Shown here: piece after piece, positions 1-8,825 of the stretch
How the letters are laid out: each line of letters opens with the position of its first letter
Numbering within the stretch: position 1 is the stretch's first letter
Assembly (NCBI RefSeq): GCF_003324675.1
Contig: NZ_CP030918.1
Coordinates: 510,001 to 542,000 of the forward strand
Length of the DNA stretch: 32,000 nucleotides
Source: Paracoccus suum
GTDB lineage: Bacteria; Pseudomonadota; Alphaproteobacteria; Rhodobacterales; Rhodobacteraceae
Reading direction: 5' to 3'
Notes under the pieces: model-generated
The model's database searches: none
Seen by the model: only the letters and a program-made list of their open reading frames with translations
Told to the model about the DNA's origin: nothing
Program-made: the position numbers and the translations under genes

Positions 1-428
1 CCGTGCTGACCGGCTGGGCCTTCCTGATCAGCGGTGTCCTCGGCCTTTGGGCCGCCTTCTCGAACGAGACCTTGCAGCATCGCGGCTGGGTTGGGGCGAT
101 CGGCGTTCTGAACATGGTGGTCGGCGTCTGGATGCTGGCCAATCCGCTGGCCGGGATGATTTCGCTGACGGTGGTGGTCGGGGCCATGCTGCTCGCCTCC
201 GGCGTCGCGCGGATTGTCGGTGGCTTCGGGCCCTACAAGGGGACGCAGATGCAGTGGATGATGGTGCTGTCCGGCATCATCTCGGTCGCGCTGGGAATTT
301 ACATCATCGCCGCGCTGCCGGTTTCCAGCATCGTCACCCTCGGCATCCTGGTCGCGATCGAGTTGATCGTCGTCGGCGTGACGCTGACTTCGGCCGGCAT
401 CACCCTGCGCCGGACCCGCACGCTCTGA
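1..428 (+). CDS. HdeD/DUF308-like small integral membrane protein (5' end cut by window edge)
   Basis: The ORF is open to the window edge and stops at TGA 426-428. The visible 141 aa are almost entirely hydrophobic helices (GVLGLWAAF, VVGVWMLANPLAGMISLTVVVGAML, SGIISVALGIYIIAALP, LGILVAIELIVVGV), a repeated pattern typical of HdeD-family proteins. The family call is from memory. Confidence 0.6.
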   Translation, partial: VLTGWAFLISGVLGLWAAFSNETLQHRGWVGAIGVLNMVVGVWMLANPLAGMISLTVVVGAMLLASGVARIVGGFGPYKGTQMQWMMVLSGIISVALGIYIIAALPVSSIVTLGILVAIELIVVGVTLTSAGITLRRTRTL

Positions 429-1477
429 TCCGACAGGCGCTCGCGGTCGGGGCGATCTGGCTCGCCGCCGCATGGGCTGGCGGGGCGGCGGCGGATACAG
501 TGCGCCTCGCCACCTGGGCGCCGGACCTGACCCGCGACGGGCCGGGCTTGCTGCTGCGCGACATCCAGTCCGGAAAGGACCCGCAAATCGCGGCGGCGGT
601 GGGGGTCATCCGCGCCGCGAATGCCGACGTGCTGCTGCTGACCGCGTTCGACTGGGACCACGAGGGCCGCGCATTGCAGGCCTTTTCCGACCTGCTCGCA
701 AAGGCGGGGATGAGTTATCCGCACCGCCTCGCCCTGCGGCCGAACAGCGGCATGGCGACGGGGATCGACCTGGACGGGGACGGCCGGACCGGCACCGGAG
801 ACGACGCGCAAGGCTTTGGTCTGTTCACCGGGCAATCGGGGATGGTTCTGCTCTCGCGCCGCCCGCTTGGCGAGGTGCGCGACCTTAGCGCCACGCTGTG
901 GCGCGACGTGCCCGGCAACACAATGCCCCCGGCCCCGCCAGATGCCGCCGCCATCCAGCGCCTCAGCACCACGGGGCATTGGGACGTCGCCTTGCCCGCT
1001 GGGCCGACCACGCTGCACCTGCTGGTCTATGCCGCCAGCCCCCCGGTCTTTGGCACCGGCACCCGCAATCTGCGCCGCAATCATGACGAGACGGCCTTCT
1101 GGACGGCCTATCAAGCCGCCGGGCCGATGGTGGTCATGGGCAGCGCCAACCTGGACCCGGTGGATGGCGATGGCGAGGGCGAGGCGATCCGCGCCCTGAT
1201 CGCGCGCCTGCAGGACCCTGAGCCCCGGTCAGAGGGCGGCGCAGCAGCCCCGCAGACCGGCAGCAACGCCAGGCAAAAGGGCGATCCGGCCCTCGACACG
1301 GCCGATTGGCCGGATGCCGACGGGCCCGGCAACCTGCGGGTTGATTACGTGCTGCCAGACAAGGGTTTGAAGGTCACGGGATCGGGCGTGCTATGGCCAG
1401 CCGATGGGCCGCTGGCCGAGACTGTGATGACTGCCTCGCGTCACCGCCTTGTCTGGGTCAACCTGGCGCTGCCCTAG
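425..1477 (+). CDS. secreted endonuclease/exonuclease/phosphatase (EEP) family protein
   Basis: Long frame-2 ORF ending at TAG 1475-1477. The N-terminus reads as a signal peptide (IRQALAVGAIWLAAAWAGGAAA/DT). It is followed by VRLATWAPDLTRDGPGLLLRDI and LLLTAFDWD blocks typical of Rhodobacterales EEP-family proteins, and ends with RHRLVWVNL. The start is uncertain: CTG 425 or ATC 428 keep the signal peptide, and GTG 500 is the first canonical start. Confidence 0.75.
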   Translation: MIRQALAVGAIWLAAAWAGGAAADTVRLATWAPDLTRDGPGLLLRDIQSGKDPQIAAAVGVIRAANADVLLLTAFDWDHEGRALQAFSDLLAKAGMSYPHRLALRPNSGMATGIDLDGDGRTGTGDDAQGFGLFTGQSGMVLLSRRPLGEVRDLSATLWRDVPGNTMPPAPPDAAAIQRLSTTGHWDVALPAGPTTLHLLVYAASPPVFGTGTRNLRRNHDETAFWTAYQAAGPMVVMGSANLDPVDGDGEGEAIRALIARLQDPEPRSEGGAAAPQTGSNARQKGDPALDTADWPDADGPGNLRVDYVLPDKGLKVTGSGVLWPADGPLAETVMTASRHRLVWVNLALP

Positions 1478-2733
1478 GCGTCCCCGGCCAGCAGGCGCGC
1501 GCCGTCATGAGCCTTGAGCCGCACATGCACCACCTGCCCCTCGGGCATGTCCCGCTCGAACGCGACCTCGGCGAACTGCGGGGTGCGCCCGACGCGCGGG
1601 CCCTCGGTCAGCACACCTGTGGTCTGGCCGACTTGGGCGGCCAGATGCCGCCGCAGCGCGACATCGCCTGCGGCCCGCAGCCGGGCGGCGCGGGCGCGGA
1701 TCACCTCGCCCCGCACCTGCGGCATCCGGGCCGCAGGCGTGCCCTTGCGCGGGCTGTAGGGAAAGACGTGCAGGAAGCTGAGTCCGCAGTCCTCGACCAG
1801 GGCCAGCGACTGCTGGAAATGCGCCTCGGTCTCGGTCGGGAAGCCGGCGATCAGGTCGGCGCCAAAGGCGATGTCGGGCCGCAGGCGACGCGCCTCGTCG
1901 CAAAAGCGGATGGCGTCGTCGCGCAAATGGCGGCGCTTCATCCGCTTGAGGATCAGGTCATCGCCATGTTGCAGCGACAGGTGCAGATGCGGCATCAGCC
2001 GCGGCTCGGTTGCGATCGCCTCCATCAAGGCCGGGTCGGCCTCGATCGAGTCGATGCTGCTGATGCGCAACCGGGCGACGTCCGTCAGCCGCAGGATGCG
2101 GCGCACCAGATCGCCGAGGCGCGGCGTGCCGGGCAGATCGGCGCCCCAGCTGGTCAGGTCCACTCCGGTCAGCACCACTTCGGCAAAGCCGCGTTCGACC
2201 AGCCGGTTGATCTGGTCGACCACGACGCCGGCCGGCACGCTGCGGGAATTGCCGCGCCCGTAGGGGATGATGCAGAAGGTGCAGCGGTGATCGCAGCCGT
2301 TCTGGACCTGCACATAGGCGCGGTGCCGGCCAAAGCCGTCGATCAGATGGCCGGCGGTCTCGCGCACTGCCATGATGTCGTCGACCAGCACCCTTTCGGT
2401 CCCGAAATCTGGCGCGGCCAGGGCGGCCCAGGTCTGCGGCAGCATCTTTTCGGCATTGCCGATGACGCGCGTGACCTCGGGCATGGCGGCGAAGGTCTCG
2501 GGCTCGGTCTGGGCAGCGCAGCCGGTCACCAGGATCGGCCGGCCGGGATTGTCGCGGGCGAGGCGACGGATGTCCTGGCGAGCCTTGCGCACGGCCTCAG
2601 CGGTCACGGCGCATGTGTTGATGATCACCGCCTCGCCCATGCCTGCGGCGCCGGCAAGTTCGCGCATCGCCTCGGACTCATAGGCGTTCAGGCGACAGCC
2701 ATGGGTCGAAAGGATCGGCGCGCGGGCGTCCAT
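1474..2733 (-). CDS. mtaB: tRNA (t6A37) 2-methylthiotransferase MtaB (radical SAM)
   Basis: 419 aa from ATG 2733. Contains the UPF0004 N-terminal domain (ILSTHGCRLNAYESE...INTCAVT), the radical-SAM cluster motif NGCDHRCTFCIIP (CxxxCxxC) and a C-terminal TRAM-like region. The ATGA overlap with the dapF stop indicates translational coupling. The upstream part of the 637-aa track ORF is an Arg/Pro-rich shadow extension. Confidence 0.92.
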   Translation of the reverse strand: MDARAPILSTHGCRLNAYESEAMRELAGAAGMGEAVIINTCAVTAEAVRKARQDIRRLARDNPGRPILVTGCAAQTEPETFAAMPEVTRVIGNAEKMLPQTWAALAAPDFGTERVLVDDIMAVRETAGHLIDGFGRHRAYVQVQNGCDHRCTFCIIPYGRGNSRSVPAGVVVDQINRLVERGFAEVVLTGVDLTSWGADLPGTPRLGDLVRRILRLTDVARLRISSIDSIEADPALMEAIATEPRLMPHLHLSLQHGDDLILKRMKRRHLRDDAIRFCDEARRLRPDIAFGADLIAGFPTETEAHFQQSLALVEDCGLSFLHVFPYSPRKGTPAARMPQVRGEVIRARAARLRAAGDVALRRHLAAQVGQTTGVLTEGPRVGRTPQFAEVAFERDMPEGQVVHVRLKAHDGARLLAGDA

Positions 2734-3572
2734 CACGCGACCCCGGCCAGCCAGTCGGGCGACAGCACGCCGGTGAATGGGGCCGCGGTCGGCCCCTCCA
2801 TCCAGACGCCGTCCTCGCGCCAGTCGATCAGCAGCGTGCCGCCGGGCAACTCGACCCGGACGCGCCGTCCGGTCAGCCCGCGCCGCGCCGCGGCCACCGC
2901 CGCCGCGCAGGAGCAAGAGCCGGAGGCGAGGGTGATGCCGGTCCCACGCTCCCACACGCCGACGCGGATGTGATCTGCGGCGAGGACCTGTACCACCTCG
3001 ACATTGGTGCGCTGCGGATAAAGCGGGTGATGCTCGTGGGGGGCCCCGAAGGCCGGCAGGTCCACGGCGGCGAGGTCGGGGACGAAAAAGGTGATATGCG
3101 GGTTGCCCATGCCCGTCGCGACCGGATCGCCGGGGATCGGCAGGTGCAACAGGTCGACATCCTCGGCCAGCGGGATGTCGCGCCAGTCCAGCACGGGTGG
3201 GCCCATGTTGACGCGGGTCAGACCGCCGCCGGCGTCCTCGGCCAGCAGGACGGCGTGGTCGGTCGCCAGTTGCAGCCCGGTGGCGCCGGTCTGGTCCATC
3301 AACCACCGGGCGATGCAGCGCGTCGCATTGCCGCAGGCCGCGCTGCGCGTGCCATCCGCGTTGAGGAACACCAGCCGGGCGTCGCAACCGGCGTCGCCCG
3401 GCAGCACCGCTGCCAGCTGGTCAAAGCCGACGCCGCGGTGCCGGTCGGCAATGGCGCGGGTCAGCGCCGCCGAAGGCAGATCACCCCCCGCCCGCAGGTC
3501 GAGGGTGACGAAATCATTGCCGAGGCCGTGCATCTTGGTGAACGGCAGGCCGGGTGTCGTATGCTGTTCCAT
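2733..3572 (-). CDS. dapF: diaminopimelate epimerase
   Basis: 279 aa. Carries FTKMHGLGNDFV at the N-terminus, the first catalytic-Cys block NADGTRSAACGNATRC and the second block ASGSCSCAAAVAA. Length and motifs are typical of DapF. Confidence 0.95.
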   Translation of the reverse strand: MEQHTTPGLPFTKMHGLGNDFVTLDLRAGGDLPSAALTRAIADRHRGVGFDQLAAVLPGDAGCDARLVFLNADGTRSAACGNATRCIARWLMDQTGATGLQLATDHAVLLAEDAGGGLTRVNMGPPVLDWRDIPLAEDVDLLHLPIPGDPVATGMGNPHITFFVPDLAAVDLPAFGAPHEHHPLYPQRTNVEVVQVLAADHIRVGVWERGTGITLASGSCSCAAAVAAARRGLTGRRVRVELPGGTLLIDWREDGVWMEGPTAAPFTGVLSPDWLAGVA

Positions 3573-3620
3573 CGCCCGCGCCTATAACGCCGCAAACGGG
3601 CTGCCGCCACGCTTTTCGAC

Positions 3621-3649
3621 TTGACCCCCCCGGCAGGTGCCCGTAATCG
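3621..3649 (+). promoter_or_regulatory. sigma70-like promoter for tRNA-Lys (TTGACC-N17-TAATCG)
   Basis: TTGACC at 3621-3626, an exact 17-nt spacer, then TAATCG at 3644-3649. This places a start site about 3656-3658, immediately before the tRNA 5' end at 3660. Motif match only. Confidence 0.5.
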
Positions 3650-3659
3650 GCGCGTCGGC

Positions 3660-3736
3660 GGGCCGGTAGCTCAGTTGGTTAGAGCGGCTGACTTTTAATC
3701 AGTAGGTCGAGAGTTCGAATCTCTCCCGGCTCACCA
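3660..3736 (+). tRNA. tRNA-Lys (anticodon UUU), CCA encoded
   Basis: Manual cloverleaf. Acceptor GGGCCGG/CCGGCUC (one G-U pair), D arm GCUC/GAGC, anticodon stem GCUGA/UCAGU with loop CUUUUAA (anticodon UUU). Variable loop AGGUC, T arm GAGAG-UUCGAAU-CUCUC, discriminator A, then CCA at 3734-3736. Confidence 0.95.
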
Positions 3737-3885
3737 TTCTTCCCTTCTTCTGGAATACCCTTCGGGGAAATGGTGCCCCCGCCCTGCCTTGCGCGGGGAT
3801 TGTGCGACACGCCCGGTAGGGCGTCCTGCGAGGGCTGCCGTCGCCGCGCTTGACGTAACACCTTGGGACATGACAACAGCCCGCC

Positions 3886-4629
3886 ATGGCCCGCCGCGCG
3901 ACTGCCGATATGTCGTCCCAGGAACCGGTCGAGGCCGCCTCGCCGGCCCCGCACGCACGTCGGCCCCTGCGCCGCCGCCTGCGCACCCTGCTGCTGCGCG
4001 CGTTCGCGTTGGTGACACTGGTCGTCGGGTCCTGCGCTATGATCAACCCGCCGACCACCTGGACCATCATGACCGAGGGCAGCGCCGGGCGGCACTGGAC
4101 GCCGCTGCGCGCGATCGCCCCGGTCATGGCGCGCAGCGTGGTTGCGGCCGAGGACGCCAATTTCTGCCGCCACTGGGGTTTTGACATGTCCGAGATCCGG
4201 CGCGTCATCGCCTCCGGCTCGAACCGGGGCGCGTCAACCATCAGCCAGCAGGTGACCAAGAACGTGTTCCTGTGGCAGGGGCGCAGCTGGCCGCGAAAGG
4301 CAATGGAGGCGGGGTTGACGCCGCTGGTCGAGGCACTGTGGTCCAAGCGCCGCATCCTCGAGGTCTACCTGAACGTCGCCGAGTTCGGCCCCGGCATCTT
4401 TGGCATCGCCCAGGCGGCCGAGCGGCATTTCGCCACCACGCCCGACAAGCTGACCTCGGCGCAGGCCGCGCGCCTGGCCGCCATCCTGCCGGCCCCGAAA
4501 GAGCGTGATCCCACAGGGCCTGCGGTGGCCCGCCGGGCGGCCGCGATCATCGACGGCGCCGCCACCATCCAGCGCGACGGGCGCGCCGCCTGCTTTCAGG
4601 ACCCCGTCCCGGCAGCTGCCGGCGGTTGA
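3886..4629 (+). CDS. mtgA: monofunctional biosynthetic peptidoglycan transglycosylase
   Basis: 247 aa. Has an N-terminal membrane anchor (LLLRAFALVTLVVGSC) and GT51 motifs AAEDANFCRHWGFD, GASTISQQVTKN and RILEVYLNVAEFG. There is no transpeptidase domain. Confidence 0.92.
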   Translation: MARRATADMSSQEPVEAASPAPHARRPLRRRLRTLLLRAFALVTLVVGSCAMINPPTTWTIMTEGSAGRHWTPLRAIAPVMARSVVAAEDANFCRHWGFDMSEIRRVIASGSNRGASTISQQVTKNVFLWQGRSWPRKAMEAGLTPLVEALWSKRRILEVYLNVAEFGPGIFGIAQAAERHFATTPDKLTSAQAARLAAILPAPKERDPTGPAVARRAAAIIDGAATIQRDGRAACFQDPVPAAAGG

Positions 4630-4703
4630 ACCGCAGGCCCGCGGCGCGTAACAGGGACAGGTCCCCCTGATCCGCGACCGAACGCGCCTTGCCGAGACTC
4701 TGC

Positions 4704-5381
4704 ATGAACACCCCTGCGACCCGCCTCTATCACCTCGCCCTGTCACCCTACTGCCGAAAGGTCCGGCTGGTGCTTGGCGAAAAGAAGATCGAGGTCGAAC
4801 TGGTCGAGGAACGCTTCTGGGAGGCCGGCTCGGAGATCGCGCGCCGCAACCCAGCAGGTCGCGTACCCGTCCTGCGCCACGAGGGCCGGCTGATGGCCGA
4901 GAGCCAGGCCATCGTCGAATACCTGGACGAGACCGTGCCGAACCCTCCGCTGATGCCGACGACCGCGCTTGAGCGTTACGAGGTGCGGCGCCTCTGCGCC
5001 TGGTTCGACGACAAGTTCAACGCCGAGGTCACGCGCCCGGTGATGACGGAGCGGGTCTGGAAGAAGGTCATGAAGACCGGCTATCCCGACTCGCGCGAGA
5101 TCAAGTCGGGCCTGAAGGCGATCAAGGACCACATGGACTACCTCGCCTCGCTGCTGGAAGGGCGCAAGTGGCTGGCCGGAAACCAGCTGACGCTGGCCGA
5201 CTTTACGGCGGCAGCGCATCTGTCGTGCCTCGACTACATCTCGGACGTGGACTGGGACCGCTCGGGTGTGCTGCGCGACTGGTATGCGACGATCAAGTCG
5301 CGGCCCTGTTTCCGCGCGGTGCTGGCCGATCAGGTGCCGGGCATCCCGCCGGCGCCGCATTATGCCGTCCTCGATTTCTGA
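4704..5381 (+). CDS. glutathione S-transferase family protein
   Basis: Thioredoxin-like N-domain ([17 protein letters not shown]...GRVPVL...ESQAIVEYL) and a helical C-domain ([14 protein letters not shown]). The first ATG is at 4704; the track ORF begins at an upstream TTG 4689. Stop is TGA 5379-5381. Confidence 0.85.
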   Translation: MNTPATRLYHLALSPYCRKVRLVLGEKKIEVELVEERFWEAGSEIARRNPAGRVPVLRHEGRLMAESQAIVEYLDETVPNPPLMPTTALERYEVRRLCAWFDDKFNAEVTRPVMTERVWKKVMKTGYPDSREIKSGLKAIKDHMDYLASLLEGRKWLAGNQLTLADFTAAAHLSCLDYISDVDWDRSGVLRDWYATIKSRPCFRAVLADQVPGIPPAPHYAVLDF

Positions 5382-6477
5382 GGCGAGCGCCGCAGGGGGG
5401 CTTTGCCCCCCGACCGGGCCTGGCCCGGCCTCCCCCCAGGATATTTGGATCAACGCAAAGAGCCGGCTGGCCGCACAGGCCCGGGCCGAAGGATTTGCGC
5501 AGATGCGCATCACGACCCCGGATGCGGTCCCGGAAGCGGCGGGCCGCCTGGCGGCCTATCTGGCCAAGGGGCGGCACGGACAGATGGACTGGATGGCCGA
5601 GCGCATCAACTGGCGCGGCGATCCGGCAGCGCTGTGGGCCGAAGCACGGTCGGTCATCATGCTGGCCGAGATGTACACGCCCGAGCATGATCCGCTCGCA
5701 GTGCTGGCCCAGCCCGAGCGCGGCGCGATCAGCGTCTATGCCCAGGGCGCGGATTATCATGATCTGGTAAAAAAGCGCCTCAAGCGGCTGGGCCGCTGGT
5801 TTCTGGAGGACGCTGGCCGGGGCGAGCAGATCAAGGTGTTCGTCGATACCGCGCCAGTGATGGAAAAGCCGCTGGCGCAGGCCGCCGGCCTCGGCTGGCA
5901 GGGCAAGCATACCAACGTCCTGTCGCGCGAGTTGGGGCTGTGGTTCTTTCTGGGGGCGATCTTTACCACCGCGCCCCTGCCCCCGGACGCGCCCGAGACG
6001 GATCACTGCGGCCGCTGCACCGCCTGCCTCGACGCTTGCCCGACGCGGGCTTTTCCCGCGCCCTTCCAGCTGGATGCGCGGCGCTGCATCAGCTACCTGA
6101 CGATCGAGCATCGCGGGCCGGTCGATCCCGAATTGCGCGGCCTGATGGGCAACCGCATCTACGGCTGCGACGATTGCCTCGCTGTCTGCCCCTGGAACAA
6201 GTTTGCCCAGGCCGCGACCGAGATGCGCTATCGCCCGCGCGAGGCCGAGGCACCGCCGCTGGCGGAACTGGCCGCGCTGGACGATGCCGGCTTTCGCGCG
6301 CGCTTTGCCGGCAGCCCGATCAAGCGCATCGGCCGCGACCGGATGGTGCGCAACGTGCTTTATGCGATCGGCAACAGCGGCATGCCGCATTTGCGCGCGG
6401 CCGCCCAGCGGCTGGTGGACGACCCCGATCCTGGCGTTGCCGATGCGGCGCGCTGGGCCGCAGCACGGCTTGGATAG
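5362..6477 (+). CDS. queG: tRNA epoxyqueuosine(34) reductase
   Basis: Contains [21 protein letters not shown], the ferredoxin-type clusters [12 protein letters not shown] and [13 protein letters not shown], and C-terminal HEAT-like repeats. The start is uncertain. ATG 5362 overlaps the GST gene by 20 nt. The homology-expected N-terminus ([14 protein letters not shown]) has only ATT 5443 or ATC 5449 just upstream. ATG 5503 would truncate the conserved N-terminus. Confidence 0.88.
   Translation: MPSSISEASAAGGLCPPTGPGPASPQDIWINAKSRLAAQARAEGFAQMRITTPDAVPEAAGRLAAYLAKGRHGQMDWMAERINWRGDPAALWAEARSVIMLAEMYTPEHDPLAVLAQPERGAISVYAQGADYHDLVKKRLKRLGRWFLEDAGRGEQIKVFVDTAPVMEKPLAQAAGLGWQGKHTNVLSRELGLWFFLGAIFTTAPLPPDAPETDHCGRCTACLDACPTRAFPAPFQLDARRCISYLTIEHRGPVDPELRGLMGNRIYGCDDCLAVCPWNKFAQAATEMRYRPREAEAPPLAELAALDDAGFRARFAGSPIKRIGRDRMVRNVLYAIGNSGMPHLRAAAQRLVDDPDPGVADAARWAAARLG
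5395..5411 (+). terminator. GC hairpin after GST stop (GGGGGGC-TTT-GCCCCCC), no U-tract
   Basis: Perfect 7-bp inverted repeat beginning 14 nt after the GST stop. There is no downstream T-run, so its function as a terminator is uncertain. It would lie inside queG if queG starts at ATG 5362. Confidence 0.35.
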
Positions 6478-6480
6478 AAC

Positions 6481-7428
6481 ATGGCGATCCTGCGACCCTC
6501 ACCCGTCAGCCCGACCCGCGGTATCACGCTGAAGATTGTCAGCGTTATGGTGTTCATCATCATGACCTCACTCATCAAGGAGACTGCGCCGCTTGTCCCG
6601 GCCGGCGAGCAAGTGTTTTTTCGCTCGCTCTTCGCGATCCCGGTGATCTTTGGCTGGCTGATGCTGCGCGGCGAAGGCGCGCGCGTGCTGCGAACCCCGC
6701 GGCCGATGGGGCATTTCTATCGCGGCCTGGTGGGCACGGCAGCGATGGGCCTCGGCTTTGCGGCGACCGGCATGCTGCCCCTGCCGGAGGTGACCGCCAT
6801 CGGCTATGCGGCGCCCCTGCTGACCGTCATCTTTGCGGCGATGTTCCTGGGCGAGGAAGTACGGGCCTTTCGCATGACGGCAGTGGCGCTGGGGCTGGTC
6901 GGGGTGATGATCGTCCTGTCGCCCCGGCTTAGCGTCGCCTCGGCCGGCGGGTTGACGGCGCGCGAGACGCTCGGCGCGATGCTAGTGCTGATGAGCGCGG
7001 TGTTCGCGGCATTGGCGCAGATATTTGTGCGCCGGCTGGTGCAGGAAGAGCCCGCCTCGACCATCGTATTCTGGTTCTCGATCACCTCGACGGTGCTGGC
7101 ACTGGTGACACTGCCCTATGGCTGGGTGTGGCCCGACCCGCTGACCGCCGTGCAGCTGGTGGCGATCGGCCTGCTGGGCGGCGCGGCGCAGATCCTGCTG
7201 ACCTCGGCCTACCGCCATGCGGATGCCTCGCTGGTCGCGCCGTTCGAATACGCCTCGATGCTGTTCGCGCTGCTGATCGGCTATTTCGTCTTTGGCGAGG
7301 CACCGACGCTGGTCATGCTGACCGGCGCTGCGATCATCATTGCGGCCGGCGTTCTGATCATCTGGCGCGAGCGGCAATTGGGCCTTGCGCGGGCGCGTCA
7401 ACGCAAGGCGATGACGCCGCACGGCTGA
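6481..7428 (+). CDS. DMT superfamily (EamA-type) transporter
   Basis: 315 aa with about 10 predicted TM helices in two homologous halves, typical of EamA/RhaT-like permeases. The ATG lies 4 nt after the queG stop. Confidence 0.85.
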   Translation: MAILRPSPVSPTRGITLKIVSVMVFIIMTSLIKETAPLVPAGEQVFFRSLFAIPVIFGWLMLRGEGARVLRTPRPMGHFYRGLVGTAAMGLGFAATGMLPLPEVTAIGYAAPLLTVIFAAMFLGEEVRAFRMTAVALGLVGVMIVLSPRLSVASAGGLTARETLGAMLVLMSAVFAALAQIFVRRLVQEEPASTIVFWFSITSTVLALVTLPYGWVWPDPLTAVQLVAIGLLGGAAQILLTSAYRHADASLVAPFEYASMLFALLIGYFVFGEAPTLVMLTGAAIIIAAGVLIIWRERQLGLARARQRKAMTPHG

Positions 7429-7433
7429 CGGTC

Positions 7434-8825
7434 TCAGGGATCGAAGCCGAAGGCCACGTAATCGCGCAGGTAGGCCTCATGCGCTGCGGCCCGAACCTCT
7501 GGCGCGGTCAGGAAATCCGGCATCCCGGCCGGCGGCGATAGCTCGGGCGGATCATCCACGCCGACGGCGTCGCAGAGCCACGCCAGCCCTTCGGGCAGGG
7601 CATCGTCGCGAAGCATGACGTGCGGGACTGCGGCGTCGACAAAGCCGGCGACGATCTCGGACTGGCTGGCCCACAGGCGATGGGTCGGCATCGTGGTCTG
7701 GCCGTTCAGATTGCGACCAACGAAATCGAGGAAGGCCAGAAACAACGCGCGCTGGGTGCCCGCATCCAGATCCGCCATCTTGGTGCCCTCGGGCGGGACA
7801 GGAACACGCTGGCGCTCGCGCAGCAGATCGCGGACCCAGCGCTGTTTGGGACCGTCGATGAACACGCACAGCGCCGTCCACGCCCGGCGGGTCGGATGGG
7901 CGAGCGAGGTAAAACTGCGATGGCCGGGGTGATCACGCTTCCAGGCCGCCAGCTCGGCCTGTGACAGGCCGTTGCGCACGGGGCCAAGACTGCCCAGCCA
8001 GCGCTCGACACGCCGGGTCGGGCCACCGAAGATCGGCTGGAACAGCAGCCCCCGGCCGCCATCGACGACGCTGAAGGTCGAAACGTCAGCGCTGCGCGGT
8101 ACTTCGAAATTGGGCAGCTTGTGCAGCTGGAACGGGTCGATCCGCGCCAGCTCGGCCTGCATCTGCTCAAAGTTCTCCACCTTGTGGGCCATCAGCCGCG
8201 GGTTCTGTGGAACCTGATCGGACGCCGGGCGCACTTCGGCGAGGTCCGTGCGCCCGAGCCAGTGCATCATGCCGGTCATGACCTCGGGGTCGCGCAGATC
8301 GTCGTATGACAGCCAGAAACCCGCCTGGCCGCTGGTCTGCAGGCGTCGTTGGATGCGGGTCAGGAAGGCAATGTTGGCATCCAGCGTCTCACGAAACTCG
8401 GCCGGATCGAATGTGATCCTGGCGGGTATCGGGGTCTCGGTCTCGTTCAGCTTCCACTGGTTCGTCTCGCGCGCCAGTTGGGTCGAGACATAGCTGTCGA
8501 CCGGATTGCGCGTCAGGATGATCTTGCCGCAGCTGGGATCATCCATGATCGCATCGAAAACGCGCGGATCGTGATCGAAGAAATAGCGAAAGCCGTTCAG
8601 GTTCGACGCGCCCAGGATGGCGTTCAGCAGCGCGTGCGGGTCGGCGTCACGCTGCTCGGCGGTGAAGCCCTTCAGTTCGGCCTTGTCGGGCCAGCCTAGC
8701 ATGTAGGGATTGAACGCCTCGCCAAAGCAGGTGACGTATTTGATCGCGTTGAGCGTTGCCTCGAGCAGGTTCGAGCCGGTGCGCATCCCCGCAAAGATCA
8801 CGAAACTGCGGAACGGATCAGGCAT
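7434..8825 (-). CDS. two-domain sulfotransferase: NodH-like N-terminal domain plus an uncharacterised, possibly Sulfotransfer_2-like, C-terminal domain
   Basis: 463 aa. The N-terminal half resembles rhizobial NodH as I recall it. FVIFAGMRTGSNLLE matches the 5'-phosphosulfate-binding loop, and KIILTRNPVDSYVS...QWK matches the 3'-phosphate motif. The C-terminal ~210 aa are discussed under findings. ATG 8825 overlaps the upstream stop by 8 nt. Confidence 0.8.
   Translation of the reverse strand: MPDPFRSFVIFAGMRTGSNLLEATLNAIKYVTCFGEAFNPYMLGWPDKAELKGFTAEQRDADPHALLNAILGASNLNGFRYFFDHDPRVFDAIMDDPSCGKIILTRNPVDSYVSTQLARETNQWKLNETETPIPARITFDPAEFRETLDANIAFLTRIQRRLQTSGQAGFWLSYDDLRDPEVMTGMMHWLGRTDLAEVRPASDQVPQNPRLMAHKVENFEQMQAELARIDPFQLHKLPNFEVPRSADVSTFSVVDGGRGLLFQPIFGGPTRRVERWLGSLGPVRNGLSQAELAAWKRDHPGHRSFTSLAHPTRRAWTALCVFIDGPKQRWVRDLLRERQRVPVPPEGTKMADLDAGTQRALFLAFLDFVGRNLNGQTTMPTHRLWASQSEIVAGFVDAAVPHVMLRDDALPEGLAWLCDAVGVDDPPELSPPAGMPDFLTAPEVRAAAHEAYLRDYVAFGFDP

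Noticed and set aside
1393-2973. Many long ORFs lie antisense to, or extend upstream of, the called genes. Examples are 1393-2973(+), 5293-6390(-), 12446-13969(+) and 15406-17049(+). Others are the 5' part of 17006-18877(-), 20347-21558(+), 21538-23040(-), 24928-25809(-) and 30920-31900(+).
   Set aside because: These are typical high-GC shadow ORFs. Their translations are Arg/Ala/Gly/Pro-rich low-complexity strings with no recognisable motifs. Each fully overlaps a gene with strong family signatures on the other strand or frame.
3660-3885. tRNA-Lys as an integration hotspot marking a genomic island.
   Set aside because: There is no integrase, no phage or transposon gene, and no direct repeat of the tRNA 3' end that I could find downstream. 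The next genes (mtgA, GST, queG) are housekeeping.
7434-8825. The possibility that the 463-aa sulfotransferase is two genes or a frameshifted fusion.
   Set aside because: The reading frame is continuous with no internal stop. There is no internal RBS-plus-start arrangement near residue 240-260. Coding character looks uniform. I therefore treat it as a genuine two-domain protein pending orthologue comparison.
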